From assembly GCA_030646805.1 (NCBI GenBank), contig JAUSKZ010000034.1:1-43613 (forward strand): DNA of 43,613 nucleotides. Reading direction: 5' to 3'. Within the stretch, counting starts at the first letter, position 1, and each line of letters begins with the position of its first letter. Under the pieces are notes generated by a model. It ran no database searches and had not been told where the DNA came from. It was given only the letters and a program-made list of their open reading frames with translations. Shown one piece after another: positions 42,145-43,613 of this stretch. Made by a program: the position numbers and the translations under genes. Source of the stretch: Candidatus Daviesbacteria bacterium. Lineage in GTDB: Bacteria; Patescibacteriota; Microgenomatia; Daviesbacterales; UBA10151.

Positions 42145-42903
42145 ATGAAACTTAGTTTAAAAGGTAATTATGCAGGTAACCCAATAAGGATTAGCATAAG
42201 AAAGTCTCGCAGAAAGACCAATAATGTGGCGTTGTTTATCCATGGCTCTTATGGGCTAAGCGGTGATAAAGGCTCGAAGTCACTAATGTTAGGCAAGCAA
42301 ATCTTGCACGAAGGTTTAGCTCATGTAGCATACTACTCATCATCAAGAGACTGGAATACTTATTTTAAAAAAGAAGACGATGCTTTTTCAAGAGCTTTTT
42401 CTCATAAAACTTTTTATGAAGAATTGGATGACTTATCGGATACTCTGAAATTTTTGATAGCAAATTCTGAATCCTTATTTAGCGCTCAAGAAGACAGATT
42501 CAAAATATATGTAATTGCCAATTCTCTAGGAGGGACTTTGATTAGTATGTTAGCTTCTAAATTTTCACATATTGAAAAAATGGCCCTATGTGGCTCTGGT
42601 TTGGCAGTCCGAGAGGAAGCCCAAAAGAAACCCATCATGTCAACATTTCCTGGCAAAAAAGATATTCTAAAAGAAACGGTCAAATATACTAAAAGTGTTT
42701 TTTTACTACAAGGAAGTAGGGATAGTATTGTTCCGCAAATATTTCAGGATGAGTTATTAGATGGTTTTAAAAACGCAAAAACTAAGAAGAAAGTGGTTGA
42801 AGGTGCTAACCATAATTTCTCGAATATTCACGGTGAAAACAAGGACTTAGCATACAATATCTACTGTAATTCAATACTAGACTATTTAAAGAGTCATGAT
42901 TAA
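42145..42903 (+). CDS. alpha/beta hydrolase fold serine hydrolase
   Basis: Nucleophile elbow VIANSLGG, acid QGSRDSIVP, and His GANHNF in the canonical Ser-Asp-His order. ATG at 42145 preferred over the listed TTG at 42130. Confidence 0.75.
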   Translation: MKLSLKGNYAGNPIRISIRKSRRKTNNVALFIHGSYGLSGDKGSKSLMLGKQILHEGLAHVAYYSSSRDWNTYFKKEDDAFSRAFSHKTFYEELDDLSDTLKFLIANSESLFSAQEDRFKIYVIANSLGGTLISMLASKFSHIEKMALCGSGLAVREEAQKKPIMSTFPGKKDILKETVKYTKSVFLLQGSRDSIVPQIFQDELLDGFKNAKTKKKVVEGANHNFSNIHGENKDLAYNIYCNSILDYLKSHD

Positions 42904-42964
42904 AGTGCTCAGAATCAGTCTGTACTTTCTCTACTAGATTTCGTTTAACAGGATTAAGAAAAAT

Positions 42965-42994
42965 TTGACAAGAGGGAGGCTAAAATTATATAAT
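42965..42994 (+). promoter_or_regulatory. consensus TTGACA-N18-TATAAT promoter
   Basis: Both hexamers are perfect. ATG 43016 lies 21 nt downstream. Confidence 0.65.
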
Positions 42995-43015
42995 ACCCAG
43001 ACAACTATAGGTTAA

Positions 43016-43613
43016 ATGTTGCCAGATATGAATGAAAATCTAAAGCCGACACCTGAATCTGAAATTACCATCCAACAACCAATACGCCTGCCCTCACACC
43101 CTTTAGTTTCCCGGCTTAAAAACGCTGCCAGAACTGCCATATTTGTTTTAGGTAGTGTCGGTGCGGCTGTCCTGGGAGCAAATAGTCTGGATAACTCGGC
43201 TTTGGGTCAGGTTAGAGTTTCTAAAGTTTCGGCCTCAGAGAAGGGGACACCTAAACCACAACTCACTTCTACTCCAACTAGGTCAGAAGAAGTGAGAGTA
43301 GCCGAAGTCCCACCTCAAGAAAAACTTTTTACAGATTCTTTGGGCAGATCAAGAAGGTGGGTAGTAGAGCAGCTTTCTAGTGGTATAGCTCCTAATAATC
43401 CCAGTGCTCAAAGGGCCACTATTAATGATCATATTGACGGAACCCTAACAAACTTTATTCAACCTCAAGAGACTTTATATAGACGTTCAGACAATAGTAT
43501 ACCAGGAACCCTAGCTTTGGCGGGTATGGATGCTAAGGTTGATGACAACCGGGGATATATGCTCATCTATGCAAGCTTGCAAACAGATGGTAATAACTAC
43601 GACCCGCATTTTG
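43016..43613 (+). CDS. membrane-anchored hypothetical protein, 3'-partial (runs off window)
   Basis: Not in the ORF track because it has no stop. I read an open frame from ATG 43016 to the window end (MLPDMNENLKPTPESE...AARTAIFVLGSVGAAVLGA...). Consensus promoter upstream. Confidence 0.55.
   Translation, partial: MLPDMNENLKPTPESEITIQQPIRLPSHPLVSRLKNAARTAIFVLGSVGAAVLGANSLDNSALGQVRVSKVSASEKGTPKPQLTSTPTRSEEVRVAEVPPQEKLFTDSLGRSRRWVVEQLSSGIAPNNPSAQRATINDHIDGTLTNFIQPQETLYRRSDNSIPGTLALAGMDAKVDDNRGYMLIYASLQTDGNNYDPHF

Noticed and set aside
36773-42903. Graspetide/microviridin-type RiPP cluster (two ATP-grasps plus C39 peptidase)
   Set aside because: No small precursor-peptide ORF is visible in the intergenic gaps (38054-38154, 40487-40526, 41040-41059, 42005-42144). 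The first ATP-grasp is clearly Ddl-like rather than RimK/MdnC-like. The C39-like domain is not fused to an ABC exporter.

Overview
This is a densely coding 43.6-kb bacterial chromosomal window with about 40 genes. Its gene content and style suggest a small, streamlined genome, possibly Candidate Phyla Radiation/Patescibacteria-like; that is my inference and cannot be verified here.

- **0-22.9 kb:** mostly + strand housekeeping genes (trpS, ftsH, polA, a SpoU-type methyltransferase, mutM, recF, a three-domain ATP-dependent DNA ligase, pth). Interspersed are orphan genes, an orphan/DUF917/M20 operon, a DedA-Fic pair and a DsbA-like protein.
- **22.9-35.0 kb:** one ~12-kb minus-strand gene string. 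It encodes a Thr/Ser-rich PKD-like repeat surface protein, two secreted orphans, an FAD oxidoreductase, two tandem GT39/PMT-like glycosyltransferases, a DUF362-like protein, a HAD-like protein and a DUF2298 'YYY' membrane protein.
- **35.0-42.9 kb:** AT-rich, with an ABC-F ATPase and the module I rate most interesting. A class-III aminotransferase is divergent from a five-gene operon: Ddl-like ATP-grasp ligase, second ATP-grasp, C39-like cysteine peptidase, KamA-type radical-SAM 2,3-aminomutase and alpha/beta hydrolase. I read this as a candidate NRPS-independent beta-amino-acid peptide (or peptide-tagging) system.

Other signals:
- GC-rich palindromic in-frame insertions in trpS and polA.
- A three-unit hairpin leader with compensatory changes upstream of dedA.
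- A DsbA-like protein with circularly permuted domain order.
- Recurrent sigma70-like promoters placed so that mRNAs would be leaderless.

I recognised no rRNA, tRNA, CRISPR array, transposase or integrase.
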